A DNA stretch of 64,000 bases, from positions 19,939 through 83,938 of IMG/VR virus record IMGVR_UViG_3300017913_002030, one strand, 5' to 3'. The stretch is from a virus (taxonomy: Duplodnaviria > Caudoviricetes). The notes under the pieces are model-generated. The model saw only the letters and a program-made list of their open reading frames with translations. It had not been told where the DNA came from and did no database searches. A program made the translations under genes and the position numbers. Positions within the stretch are counted from its first letter, which is position 1. Every line of letters starts with the position of its first letter. Below are positions 27,327-35,803 of this stretch, piece by piece.

Positions 27327-27926
27327 TTAATTTGCTATATGCATATTACTTAATGGGGCACGACTCGCGGCGTTCAACCATGATTGAGGATCTTTAGGTT
27401 TTGCGGGGGTCACTCGCAACCCCTGCTCTTTGAAGTTCGCTTTGAGAATCGACGCGGTCTCTCGACCAAGGAATCTCGACACCAACTTCAATAGAGTCTC
27501 TCGAAAAGTCACGTGGTGATGACTGAATCCTGCACTGTGTGCCAGTTCGTGTAGGACGATGTACTTGTTGAAGTCAAACGCGGGCGAGATCTCGATCCAC
27601 GATCCGTGTGACCTACCCATGTAGGCGGCGCGACTCCCCATGTTACGTGACTGGACGACGCGTACCTTACCGTGATAGCGAGACACCTTTTCCCACGTCT
27701 TGGACTTTGTCACTTGTTTTACAAATCTTTCTACCTCTTCGAAGTCATTGAGAGGACCAATCAGTTCAGGATGTTCAGTTTCAAGTTTCCACTCTGCACT
27801 GTACGTTCTACTCTTTTCGCTATCGCGTTTCGGTAAGACTGTCTTGCGACGATAGTACTCTGAATACTTGCGGGCCTGAGACGTGCTCAGACCAGCATCT
27901 AATGCCTTGCGATATGCAGTCTTCAT
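27327..27926 (-). CDS. SprT-like HEXXH metallopeptidase
   Basis: YIVLHELAHSAGFSHHHVTFRETLLKLV motif. Confidence 0.75.
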   Translation of the reverse strand: MKTAYRKALDAGLSTSQARKYSEYYRRKTVLPKRDSEKSRTYSAEWKLETEHPELIGPLNDFEEVERFVKQVTKSKTWEKVSRYHGKVRVVQSRNMGSRAAYMGRSHGSWIEISPAFDFNKYIVLHELAHSAGFSHHHVTFRETLLKLVSRFLGRETASILKANFKEQGLRVTPAKPKDPQSWLNAASRAPLSNMHIAN

Positions 27927-28240
27927 TACTTTTTCTTCCTGGCAGTTTTCTTAACGGGAGACTTCTTCGCGGCCACTTTCTTTTTTGCAGTGACCTTTCT
28001 TTTTGTCGGGGCCTTCTTCTTAGGCGGGACCCACTTCTCAGATAAGAACTCTTCTACTGTCAAACCACACTCTCGAAGAGCCTTGTGGAAGCGTTTTACG
28101 TCTGCCATCTCCCACGTGTTATTAATGAACGACCCGAAATGGTTGGTCACTTTTTCACCCAACTGAATATTTTCTTCAGTCTCTTTGTCGAAGATGTAGC
28201 GCACCTTCTTGGTGAAATTTAACTTGATGACTTTAGGCAT
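27926..28240 (-). CDS. Hypothetical protein with a Lys/Ala-rich histone-H1-like tail
   Basis: KKKAPTKRKVTAKKKVAAKKSPVKKTARKKK. Confidence 0.7.
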   Translation of the reverse strand: MPKVIKLNFTKKVRYIFDKETEENIQLGEKVTNHFGSFINNTWEMADVKRFHKALRECGLTVEEFLSEKWVPPKKKAPTKRKVTAKKKVAAKKSPVKKTARKKK

Positions 28241-28248
28241 AGGACTCC

Positions 28249-28434
28249 TTACGCAATACCGTGAATGATACCGATTCGTTTCTGTTTGTTGACGATGACC
28301 GTCACAGTCGAACCAACAGGACGTTCGGGTTCACCGACCACATCCAGATAGGTCAGCTCTTCGAACACTCGCTTACCGTACTTGGTGAACTCGACCAAGT
28401 AGGTACGCCAGATGTACTCTGGAAGTTTAAACAT
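28249..28434 (-). CDS. Hypothetical protein
   Basis: Coupled to the upstream ORF (TAATG overlap). Confidence 0.55.
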   Translation of the reverse strand: MFKLPEYIWRTYLVEFTKYGKRVFEELTYLDVVGEPERPVGSTVTVIVNKQKRIGIIHGIA

Positions 28435-28679
28435 TACGCACACTCCTCTATAATTGGTTTCGCGATCAGATAGACACCGACCGCACTAGGAACATCGCAG
28501 AAGGCATACTCACTGCAAAGCAGTCGATACTTGGCGAAGTATTTCACCCCAGCATCAGCAGGACTATCAATAGGCGGGAAGTAAACAGCGACCTGTTCAC
28601 CGCGGTCATCAATGACCTCACCAAGACTCTGCATCGCGCCAGAATTGATCTGGACCACACGACCTTTCAGATTTTCCAT
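28434..28679 (-). CDS. Hypothetical early protein
   Basis: GAGAGAG leader after a sigma70 promoter. Confidence 0.65.
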   Translation of the reverse strand: MENLKGRVVQINSGAMQSLGEVIDDRGEQVAVYFPPIDSPADAGVKYFAKYRLLCSEYAFCDVPSAVGVYLIAKPIIEECA

Positions 28680-28706
28680 AACTCTCTCCACTCATTCAAC
28701 ACAGAC

Positions 28707-28760
28707 ATTATAGTACATGTTTCAAAAATATGCAAGAATTATTTTTGTGAAATAGTTACA
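28707..28760 (-). promoter_or_regulatory. Early sigma70 promoter TTGCAT-17-TATAAT with upstream palindrome
   Basis: -10 at 28712-28707; TGTGA-N5-TTACA at 28746-28760. Confidence 0.65.
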
Positions 28761-28764
28761 ATTG

Positions 28765-28826
28765 TAAAAATAGGGGAGCGATCCACATACCTGTCAGTCG
28801 GAATCTTCGCAAGACCGACTCCCCTC
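28765..28826 (-). terminator. Terminator-like stem with a large internal structured insert
   Basis: AGGGGAG...CTCCCCT-ATTTTT enclosing AGTCGG/CCGACT and TCTT/AAGA hairpins. Confidence 0.5.
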
Positions 28827-28831
28827 TTAAC

Positions 28832-28906
28832 TCAATCATCGAGGTCGATGCACAACCAGACACCGCCGATGATCAGAAACGCTAGAACAAGTCCAAGCTC
28901 GCTCAT
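28832..28906 (-). CDS. 24-aa hydrophobic peptide MSELGLVLAFLIIGGVWLCIDLDD
   Basis: ATGA overlap with the upstream stop; single TM segment; below the ORF-track cutoff. Confidence 0.5.
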   Translation of the reverse strand: MSELGLVLAFLIIGGVWLCIDLDD

Positions 28907-29400
28907 TGGATGATGTATCCTCGACCACCACAGATATCACAGTCGTCGTCATACTCATCGTCAGTGCCCCAATCGTAGGTGACGACACCCGACCCTTCGC
29001 ACTCACCACACTCCAACTCCTCGTTGTCCCAATCGAAGGGATCTTCGTAGTCGAACATGTCTTCGGTGTTCTCCATCGTCATCAACTGAGGGTTATAGGT
29101 GACCATCTTGGTGGTCATCTCGACAATGCGATCGATCGCAATGTGAAACAGATCGTTCTCGTATTTGCCTTGATAGACTCGACCCGTGGTGTAGGGTAGG
29201 ACGTACTCGAATAATTCACGATCGATCGCGCTCTTCTCGCGTAGGAACTTTAGTGCACCAGAGGTGTTGTTGCCCATACCGTTGTTGTAGAAGTCGTGAC
29301 GCAGACGACCTGCGGCGCGAACCATCTCACCTGCAACAGTTTCACACTTACCGGAGGGCGGTACCAACTCCGCAAAGATTCGTTCAAATGTAGCACTCAT
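28903..29400 (-). CDS. Hypothetical protein with a C-terminal CxxC...CxxC zinc finger (DnaJ-like CGECEGSG / CDICGGRG)
   Basis: RBS TAAGGAG before ATG 29400; LVPPSGKCETVAGEMVRA..R...DFYNNG motif. Confidence 0.75.
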   Translation of the reverse strand: MSATFERIFAELVPPSGKCETVAGEMVRAAGRLRHDFYNNGMGNNTSGALKFLREKSAIDRELFEYVLPYTTGRVYQGKYENDLFHIAIDRIVEMTTKMVTYNPQLMTMENTEDMFDYEDPFDWDNEELECGECEGSGVVTYDWGTDDEYDDDCDICGGRGYIIQ

Positions 29401-29410
29401 AATAATCTCC

Positions 29411-29533
29411 TTAGTAGACGTAAGGTTCGACTGGGTGACCAGCGGCGAGTTGCAATGCAGTGTAAACGAACATCCAAAGAACTGCTTGACCGAAGACCAC
29501 TTCGGCAATTCGCTGGGGATTTGCAGGCTTCAC
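29411..29533 (-). CDS. 40-aa membrane peptide MKPANPQRIAEVVFGQAVLWMFVYTALQLAAGHPVEPYVY
   Basis: GTG start with RBS GAGGTG; hydrophobic core. Confidence 0.5.
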   Translation of the reverse strand: MKPANPQRIAEVVFGQAVLWMFVYTALQLAAGHPVEPYVY

Positions 29534-29543
29534 TTTAATCACC

Positions 29544-29846
29544 TCAGATTACCTCCACACGGTTATCAAATTCACTCGGTCCACTAATCTCAAAGGGAAC
29601 ATACAGAATACAGCCAAGACGCTCTACATCATGTTCGAACGAACCTGTCTGAGACTCAGTAACACGAACAGTATACCCGTCGCACATATAGATCTCGCGA
29701 TCGGCATCAGGATGGGGTTTTGCGAAAATTGAACCTTTGTCAATTACCTCACCGATAAGATATGAATCGGGACGATCAGGTGCAGGTCGAAAGTCATACG
29801 CACGAATAGTGTCGCCGACGTTCGCAGTGTTTTCAAATTTCATCAT
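29544..29846 (-). CDS. Hypothetical early protein
   Basis: MKFENTANVGDTIRAYDF; behind a sigma70 promoter. Confidence 0.7.
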   Translation of the reverse strand: MMKFENTANVGDTIRAYDFRPAPDRPDSYLIGEVIDKGSIFAKPHPDADREIYMCDGYTVRVTESQTGSFEHDVERLGCILYVPFEISGPSEFDNRVEVI

Positions 29847-29875
29847 AATCAACTCTCTCATCACTTTATGTAGCC

Positions 29876-29939
29876 ATTATATCAAAGCTGACACAGATGT
29901 CAACATATTTTGAAAACTTTTTTATGTTAATTTTTCACA
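29876..29939 (-). promoter_or_regulatory. Early sigma70 promoter TTGACA-16-TATAAT with upstream palindrome
   Basis: Hexamers at 29903-29898 and 29881-29876; palindrome 29925-29939; upstream ~35 bp nearly identical to 26706-26741. Confidence 0.8.
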
Positions 29940-29941
29940 AA

Positions 29942-30103
29942 TTATTCTTTTGGTCTATAGATTTCATAAAGACGTTCGTACATTTCTTTATCGAACTCCA
30001 TATTTTTAAGTCGATACTTGAGATCTTCAATGTAAAACCAAATCGCTAGAAATACAAACCCTAGTCCTAGAATACCAAAAAACCCAATTAATTCAATCGA
30101 CAT
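29942..30103 (-). CDS. Small membrane protein
   Basis: N-terminal TM segment LIGFFGILGLGFVFLAIWFY. Confidence 0.55.
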   Translation of the reverse strand: MSIELIGFFGILGLGFVFLAIWFYIEDLKYRLKNMEFDKEMYERLYEIYRPKE

Positions 30104-30104
30104 G

Positions 30105-30398
30105 TCATCTCCGCATAGACGCAAGGTCTTTCATCTGTTGTTCGTCGATTACCGGAACGGCGTTCGACTTGTGCATTGTGCCGATACCCTTTACGAGAGT
30201 CCCAGTGTAAGACAGTTTATCAGGCTTGGCAGTTGCACACCCGCCGCTGTCAGCAGAAGGATAGTGAACGTCATCACCGCGATAACTAAATGTATTCCTA
30301 AGTGGTTTAAACTCCACTGGTTTGCTCTTCTTAGTAGTCCATGCATTGTAAGTCTTTCTCCTCCCCGATGGGGTGTGTCTCATTGAACCGTGTATCAT
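30105..30398 (-). CDS. Conserved T4-like phage hypothetical protein
   Basis: YTGTLVKGIGTMHKSNAVPV motif. Confidence 0.75.
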   Translation of the reverse strand: MIHGSMRHTPSGRRKTYNAWTTKKSKPVEFKPLRNTFSYRGDDVHYPSADSGGCATAKPDKLSYTGTLVKGIGTMHKSNAVPVIDEQQMKDLASMRR

Positions 30399-30697
30399 GA
30401 GTCTCTCTCTATAAAAACTTTAAGGGTATGACCGTCGTCTTGAACCGATAGATTGACGGACTGATCTTCTTTCAGATAGTTGGTGTAACTTCTGCCATTT
30501 TCATCAATCACCTCTACGCGATTAATGTCGGACAACTCCTTCTCCATACGACGTAGTATCTGTTGCATCGCACCCAACTCCGCAGTTAGGAAATGCAACT
30601 TAGTATTAGGCTCGGTGTTGTTGATGGGCAGACTTCGAATCTGACTCATCTTATCATCGATCTCTTCCTTGACAATCTTAAGCACTTGCTCTTTCAT
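30395..30697 (-). CDS. Hypothetical protein
   Basis: 100-aa ORF overlapping its neighbours. Confidence 0.6.
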   Translation of the reverse strand: MKEQVLKIVKEEIDDKMSQIRSLPINNTEPNTKLHFLTAELGAMQQILRRMEKELSDINRVEVIDENGRSYTNYLKEDQSVNLSVQDDGHTLKVFIERDS

Positions 30698-31244
30698 TCT
30701 TTACCTTAAACCATTCTGGTACAGGACGATTAGTCCATGACATAACAAACCGATCTTGTTTGGTCTGATAGAATGCACGATAAGACTCTACTGGACATTC
30801 TAACATACACTCAGGATTAGAACCCATAGCCAACTTGAACGGCGTACGCTCGACACGTGGTATACGCGCCGGCGGAGTGAGTAATATATCACGTAGAAGA
30901 GTGTCTGTCAAGTGCCTCTTACCATATCGATACATATACTCATCACATAGGGCAATGAAATGTTTGTAGTGCCAGATGTAGTTACATATGGATTCCATCG
31001 TCCAGACCGTGCATGGATGATAATGATGTACTGCCTTGTATAGGGTATCATCTAAAGTAGGATGATCATAATATTTGATCATAGTTTTGCCGGACTTTGA
31101 CGGTCTACGGTATACTTCACCGTCTAACATACGATGTGCAGTTGATAACATCTGTGCAGATTCGACAATCATTTTAACAACATGTTTGTCACACTGCTCT
31201 TGTGCAGCAATTATTGGATCTTCACTGAGTACAAAAATGTTCAT
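30678..31244 (-). CDS. Pyrimidine-dimer DNA glycosylase/endonuclease V-like family protein
   Basis: MNIF.L..DP..AA...CDKHVVKMIVESAQMLSTAHR and YKAVH..HPCTVW motifs. Confidence 0.8.
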   Translation of the reverse strand: MNIFVLSEDPIIAAQEQCDKHVVKMIVESAQMLSTAHRMLDGEVYRRPSKSGKTMIKYYDHPTLDDTLYKAVHHYHPCTVWTMESICNYIWHYKHFIALCDEYMYRYGKRHLTDTLLRDILLTPPARIPRVERTPFKLAMGSNPECMLECPVESYRAFYQTKQDRFVMSWTNRPVPEWFKVKNERASA

Positions 31245-31272
31245 ATACTATTATCCCCCATTAGTTGAACAT

Positions 31273-31300
31273 ATTGTATCACGACTTTTTTAATCTGTCA
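31273..31300 (-). promoter_or_regulatory. sigma70 promoter TTGACA-16-TACAAT
   Basis: Hexamers at 31300-31295 and 31278-31273, upstream of 31244. Confidence 0.6.
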
Positions 31301-31712
31301 AATTTTTTTTCAGCAAAGATACTGTCATTTTATATACGACTTCTATAGGTATGTAATGCCAGTAGAATTTTTTATGACCAATCTCTTCCATCTTAGACCA
31401 CGGTACAAACTCACGAGTCCAGTTGTCAGCATATAGATCACCTATTTTCAAAATAACGTGGCCATTCCCGTTCTTCGTGATAACTCTCTGTATCTTGGCC
31501 CTACCCAAGAAAAGATTTTTCCAGAAGTTCCACATAGATTTTTCGCTTAGAAGCCAAAGTAGTGTTAGTGCATAGTCTTCACAGTCACCCAGATAAGGTT
31601 CTTCTTTCATTATGCGCCACTTATCGAAACCGTATACTTTAGTGTCATATACATACATGTAAGTGCTGTTTAATCTTTTTATATGTTTTTCTTTGTTTTC
31701 GAGGTCTAACAT
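31290..31712 (-). CDS. Transglutaminase-like cysteine peptidase (BTLCP/LapG-like)
   Basis: GDCEDYAL (Cys), NGHVIL (His), ADN (Asp) triad; RBS AGGAG before ATG 31712. Confidence 0.75.
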   Translation of the reverse strand: MLDLENKEKHIKRLNSTYMYVYDTKVYGFDKWRIMKEEPYLGDCEDYALTLLWLLSEKSMWNFWKNLFLGRAKIQRVITKNGNGHVILKIGDLYADNWTREFVPWSKMEEIGHKKFYWHYIPIEVVYKMTVSLLKKNLTD

Positions 31713-31752
31713 AAATTTCTCCTGTCTAAACGTATTTAGAATCCTCAACTGG

Positions 31753-31760
31753 TATAAATA
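31753..31760 (+). promoter_or_regulatory. Late promoter TATAAATA
   Basis: Exact consensus just upstream of ORF 31766. Confidence 0.7.
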
Positions 31761-31765
31761 AAACT

Positions 31766-32020
31766 ATGTCTAACGAATTATTTGATTTTGGTTTCACTGC
31801 TGTAGATGAGTCTGAACTAGAGGCTTTTCAACAACTTGAAGCGACGACTGAGATTGCAGATGATGCTCAAGAGCGTCTAGATAATCTATACAATGCAATT
31901 CAACCTTTGTTGACCAATCTAAAGATGAATCCTGAAAAAGAATACATCTTATGGCCTAATCGTCTTGAGAAAATCGAACAATTCGAGACATTCATTCAAA
32001 ACATCTATAAGGGATCCTAA
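31766..32020 (+). CDS. Conserved T4-like phage hypothetical protein
   Basis: FDFGFTAVDESEL...PLL.NLK.NPEKEYILWPNR motif. Confidence 0.8.
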   Translation: MSNELFDFGFTAVDESELEAFQQLEATTEIADDAQERLDNLYNAIQPLLTNLKMNPEKEYILWPNRLEKIEQFETFIQNIYKGS

Positions 32021-32023
32021 CCA

Positions 32024-32875
32024 ATGTTTTTTAACGATAAAGATGAAACTATTCTAAAGGGCGCCGGCACAGAATTTTTTATTTCTGGTGAAGAAAAAAT
32101 AGGCCTGTCTAGACATTTAAATTCTGTAGCTAAAGGCGCTACTGTCAAAAAAGGTAAGTATCTACGTTACAAGAGTGAAGAACTAAACGTTATTGAGGAG
32201 GCATTAAATCGTGCTCCTATGTTCTGCAATGCACTTGTGTCTCGTGGATATAAAAACATTCTATTTGTTGGTCACTACAATGATCATCAAACACATTGGA
32301 TGTTAGACAAGTTTGCTGGTCGTATGATTGATGTTCTGCCAGAAGAACGTGAAGATATGCAAACCTTTCCTGATCTAAACATTGTATCTCAGTTCATTCC
32401 GCTTGTTTTAAGAATGATGCGATATGATGTATCTTTTGTCATTCCACGACCACCAGAATCAAAGCATAAGGGTGCCATGCATACTTTGTATGAGTCGGTA
32501 GGAATGATTGAGAACTCAATCGCTTGTTCTCAGCAGTATAAGCACGGTCAAGATTCATGGTCACTAAACGGTGATCACGAACTATTTGATGCTGTGGTTT
32601 TCTTAGGCGTGCCTATGGTAGACAAGGGCGTAGGTTTCGAGGAAGATCAAGTACGTGAAATCTTTGCGCCTATGTGTACAGAAGATTTTGAGATGGTTGA
32701 CATTTACTATGGTCTACCATCTTCAGTGAAGTGGTTTAATGGAGAAGAAAAAGACTCTACAACTATGGTAGATGTTGCGTTCTCTATTCGTTCAGAATGG
32801 GATGATGATGTTAAAACCGGCGGTGGCCGTCCAGAAGAATACGAGATCATGAAAAAGATGATCAAAGTATTCTAG
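32024..32875 (+). CDS. Hypothetical protein, late-expressed
   Basis: 283-aa ORF followed by a terminator. Confidence 0.75.
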   Translation: MFFNDKDETILKGAGTEFFISGEEKIGLSRHLNSVAKGATVKKGKYLRYKSEELNVIEEALNRAPMFCNALVSRGYKNILFVGHYNDHQTHWMLDKFAGRMIDVLPEEREDMQTFPDLNIVSQFIPLVLRMMRYDVSFVIPRPPESKHKGAMHTLYESVGMIENSIACSQQYKHGQDSWSLNGDHELFDAVVFLGVPMVDKGVGFEEDQVREIFAPMCTEDFEMVDIYYGLPSSVKWFNGEEKDSTTMVDVAFSIRSEWDDDVKTGGGRPEEYEIMKKMIKVF

Positions 32876-32902
32876 GAACTTACCCGACAGTAAGAAACAC
32901 GA

Positions 32903-32926
32903 AGGGGGCGTAAGCCCCCTTTTTTA
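32903..32926 (+). terminator. Intrinsic terminator
   Basis: AGGGGGC-GTAA-GCCCCCT-TTTTT (GNRA loop). Confidence 0.85.
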
Positions 32927-33052
32927 TATCCACAATAAAACTGTACCTGCAAGTGCACACCATATTAAAACATTTGGTCGCATTTGCCACACGTACTTAA
33001 AATCATCCCATGTGTACTTGATAAATTTCTTTAGATATTTTATTCGATCCAT
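32924..33052 (-). CDS. 42-aa membrane peptide MDRIKYLKKFIKYTWDDFKYVWQMRPNVLIWCALAGTVLLWI
   Basis: Fills the gap; C-terminal TM segment; overlaps the upstream ORF end. Confidence 0.5.
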   Translation of the reverse strand: MDRIKYLKKFIKYTWDDFKYVWQMRPNVLIWCALAGTVLLWI

Positions 33053-33693
33053 TCTTTTGGTGTCCCCAACTCGATGCGAACATTCTCTGGAAGTTTGATT
33101 TTGATGTCAGAGTGTTCGTGATGTATTATAAATTGTACGTTACTAAACTCTTTAAAAAAGTATCCCCAGATAGGTCTCCAGTTTGACGCCATACGATGAA
33201 CGTTTAGTGGCGATCTATCGCTTTTCAGAAAGGTGTCACTAAAACTATCTAGATTCATATCAAACATTGCATCGAATCCGTATAGATGTACTTCAGTTGC
33301 GTTCATACCTCGACACGCATAGTCTACTGCCATATGACCACACGAATAATTTGATGCGGCCTCTTCTAGTTTCTGGCCAGGAAGTTGTGCGTATGGTGGC
33401 ACGTATGTGTGAAACTTTTTGATGTTTTGAGAATACTTTAGATAAAATGATGCCCGTTTTTCCATCCAACGTCTAGGTCTTTTGCCTAGAACCCAGTCGT
33501 ACATACCTAATTCAACTTCACCTTTATCAAGTGCAATCATCATTTTAAAGTCAACCATACAAGATGCAAACACTTCGTTTGGCATGAACTTGTATGGTGG
33601 CATGTTACAGACAAGAAGATCGCCTGGCGTTCCTCTTTCAAATAAATTGTACCCAGGCCCATTGCCTAATACATTGACTCTTCTAGTTTTCAT
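33040..33693 (-). CDS. GT29/MptE-like (DUF115-type) sugar transferase-like protein
   Basis: VNVLGNGPG, VCN and EVHLYGFD motifs. Confidence 0.6.
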   Translation of the reverse strand: MKTRRVNVLGNGPGYNLFERGTPGDLLVCNMPPYKFMPNEVFASCMVDFKMMIALDKGEVELGMYDWVLGKRPRRWMEKRASFYLKYSQNIKKFHTYVPPYAQLPGQKLEEAASNYSCGHMAVDYACRGMNATEVHLYGFDAMFDMNLDSFSDTFLKSDRSPLNVHRMASNWRPIWGYFFKEFSNVQFIIHHEHSDIKIKLPENVRIELGTPKEWIE

Positions 33694-34049
33694 CTCTCAC
33701 CTTCTTTATGATATGACCCATAAATGCAATGCGCCAGTTCATGTCCCCATGTAGAGAGATCGCTAGTGTCTCTTACGCCACTTGGTTCTACTACGTATAT
33801 ATCACAACGACTAACAACAGTAAGATCATCTTTGGGGTGGGCCCATCTCGCTAGTCCTTCAACCTCAGGTCCGTTATTATACTTCTTTTCTCTTAGAAAC
33901 TTATTCAACTCAGACTGAGTTTTGAATGTTGTCACTTTGATATCGATGTACTGACCAGTAACGTCATGCGTTTTAGTGATGGTTTTTTCAGATATGTCGC
34001 ACGACATAAGACCAAACAGAATTAAGACTGCTAATATTTTATTTTTCAT
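33690..34049 (-). CDS. Putative lipoprotein with an HEXXH motif
   Basis: Signal MKNKILAVLILFGLMS-C; WGHELAHCIYGSYH. Confidence 0.65.
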   Translation of the reverse strand: MKNKILAVLILFGLMSCDISEKTITKTHDVTGQYIDIKVTTFKTQSELNKFLREKKYNNGPEVEGLARWAHPKDDLTVVSRCDIYVVEPSGVRDTSDLSTWGHELAHCIYGSYHKEGER

Positions 34050-34374
34050 ATCTTCGAGCATGACCTTCGTGTGTCAACCAAGAATTGAGATTTTTACCGT
34101 CAATAAAAATTTCGCCTAGCATTCGTCCGTACTTATCGTCTTTATACGTTTTCAGAATAATTTTATCACCAACAGGTGCGACACTTTCCACAAACTCTTT
34201 TGCAGCGAAACCTTTTGCCTTCTCTTCAAGATCTCTTGTTCGCGTTTCGTACGCATCAATACCATACAAACGAATTCTTTGTTTTTTGTAGATAAGACCA
34301 AAACCAAGATCGATATCTACGTCTACTGTATCGCCGTCTACCCAGCGAATAATTGTTGCTTTATATTCGTACAT
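34039..34374 (-). CDS. Thermonuclease (staphylococcal nuclease family)
   Basis: VDGDTVD, RIRLYGIDAYE and DKYGRMLG motifs. Confidence 0.9.
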   Translation of the reverse strand: MYEYKATIIRWVDGDTVDVDIDLGFGLIYKKQRIRLYGIDAYETRTRDLEEKAKGFAAKEFVESVAPVGDKIILKTYKDDKYGRMLGEIFIDGKNLNSWLTHEGHARRYEK

Positions 34375-34590
34375 TTACTCCGAATCAGGAACGATCGAGT
34401 AAGCGACCTCCAAAATATCTGTATATTCGGCGACCTGTTTTAACTCGTGTTCCAATGCCTCCATTACATCCGAGTGTTCCCCGATGCCCGAAGGATTCGT
34501 AAGATACACTTCTACGTTAGCTTTATGCAATGCAATCTTGCCTTTCATATGCTCGATTGTTGCGTTGATCATTCTATTTCTCAAACTCAT
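34375..34590 (-). CDS. Conserved phage hypothetical protein
   Basis: HKANVEVYLTNPSGIGEHSDVMEA motif. Confidence 0.75.
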   Translation of the reverse strand: MSLRNRMINATIEHMKGKIALHKANVEVYLTNPSGIGEHSDVMEALEHELKQVAEYTDILEVAYSIVPDSE

Positions 34591-35051
34591 AAGTTACCTC
34601 TTGCTTTCTCAATTGCACGAGAACCAAACCAAAACGAAATGATTGCAGCAAAAATTGCCTTGGTGTCATCATCCCATAAAATGTTTAACGCTTGCGTTAA
34701 AGACATTCCGCTGGTTATCGCTTCTTGTAATAGTGTAATTTCAATTGCAGCGAACAGTATGAAAAATGCATACGTGATCACCGGTCTTACTGATTTCTGT
34801 AAAGCAGACATAAATCCTGTGCCAGACGAAATCGCAGTATCGTGTTCAAGTAGGGCTTTCTGTTCTTCATGAAGACCCATCTCTTGAAATTTTTTAATTT
34901 CATGGTCGTACCCCTTCATCTGAAGTTCGGCCATCTTTTCCATCTTCTTTAGTTCGAACTCCATTGATCTCTTGGATTTATAGTGTTCTGTAATCGCAGG
35001 TACAACTGAACTGCCAAAACCAAGTATCGAACCAATTAAACCACTTAACAT
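34587..35051 (-). CDS. Putative holin (3TM-type)
   Basis: SVRPVITYAFF...AAIISFWFGSRAIEK motif. Confidence 0.65.
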   Translation of the reverse strand: MLSGLIGSILGFGSSVVPAITEHYKSKRSMEFELKKMEKMAELQMKGYDHEIKKFQEMGLHEEQKALLEHDTAISSGTGFMSALQKSVRPVITYAFFILFAAIEITLLQEAITSGMSLTQALNILWDDDTKAIFAAIISFWFGSRAIEKARGNL

Positions 35052-35052
35052 A

Positions 35053-35733
35053 TCATTTCCTCCAATACTTATTCAACCACTCTTGTGGTTCATAAGTTGC
35101 CATGGGTGTTTTCACTGTTTCAGTCGTTGCTTGATAAACACTTGGTCGACCGTGAAAACAAATAATAGAAGTACCCTTATATTTATCTGGGTATACATCA
35201 TACTTATATGATTTTATCTGTTGCGGAAACACTCGTTGTAACAACACGCGTTTATGTGTGGGCACGACTGTCTCTAGATATTCACCGTCGCCTCGAAATG
35301 CAGATACCGCAAGACCCAGTCTAAAATTAAAATCACCCCAGATCCAATCTGCCTCTGTCGATTCCCATGCCATTACTCCACTTTGCAGTTTACCCTTGAG
35401 ATGTGGTTGATGTGAGTTAACACATCCCAGATCCTCGATACCAGCAAACGGCCCGTCGTATTGGAGTAACCAATCTATATTTCCTACTATCACAGTATCT
35501 AGATCTAAATACACGATGCGCCCCTCTATTCGACCATCGAACAGTTGCATTTTGTTCCACCACCCCTCTAGACCGGGACGAAGAATCAAAGTGTCTACAT
35601 CGTCTAGTACTTGATCAGTCAGACATACAAATTTATGTGGTACGGTTGTATTACGTTCAACTGAAGCTTTCAGATTATAGACGTAATCTTTTGAAAACTT
35701 GTTACCCCAGTACACGCAGGCGACAGTAACCAT
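35053..35733 (-). CDS. GT-A glycosyltransferase (GT8-like)
   Basis: CVYWGNKFSKDYV, GWWNKMQLF, YLDLDTVI (DxD) and ICFHGRP motifs. Confidence 0.8.
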   Translation of the reverse strand: MVTVACVYWGNKFSKDYVYNLKASVERNTTVPHKFVCLTDQVLDDVDTLILRPGLEGWWNKMQLFDGRIEGRIVYLDLDTVIVGNIDWLLQYDGPFAGIEDLGCVNSHQPHLKGKLQSGVMAWESTEADWIWGDFNFRLGLAVSAFRGDGEYLETVVPTHKRVLLQRVFPQQIKSYKYDVYPDKYKGTSIICFHGRPSVYQATTETVKTPMATYEPQEWLNKYWRK

Positions 35734-35747
35734 GATAAAACCTCAGA

Positions 35748-35783
35748 TAAAAAAAAGACGGGTAGGTTTCCCATCCCGTCTTT
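35748..35783 (-). terminator. Intrinsic terminator
   Basis: AAAGACGGG-ATGGGAAACCTA-CCCGTCTTT-TTTTT. Confidence 0.8.
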
Positions 35784-35803
35784 ATATAGTTAGTGTTTAA
35801 ATC

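Noticed and set aside
28772-28826. Hammerhead ribozyme (contains CTGA)
   Set aside because: The core reads CUGACAG rather than CUGANGA, and there is no GAAA strand.
29424-29440. GGTTCGACT as a tRNA T-arm
   Set aside because: No complementary stem or cloverleaf; it lies on the antisense strand of a small membrane-peptide ORF.
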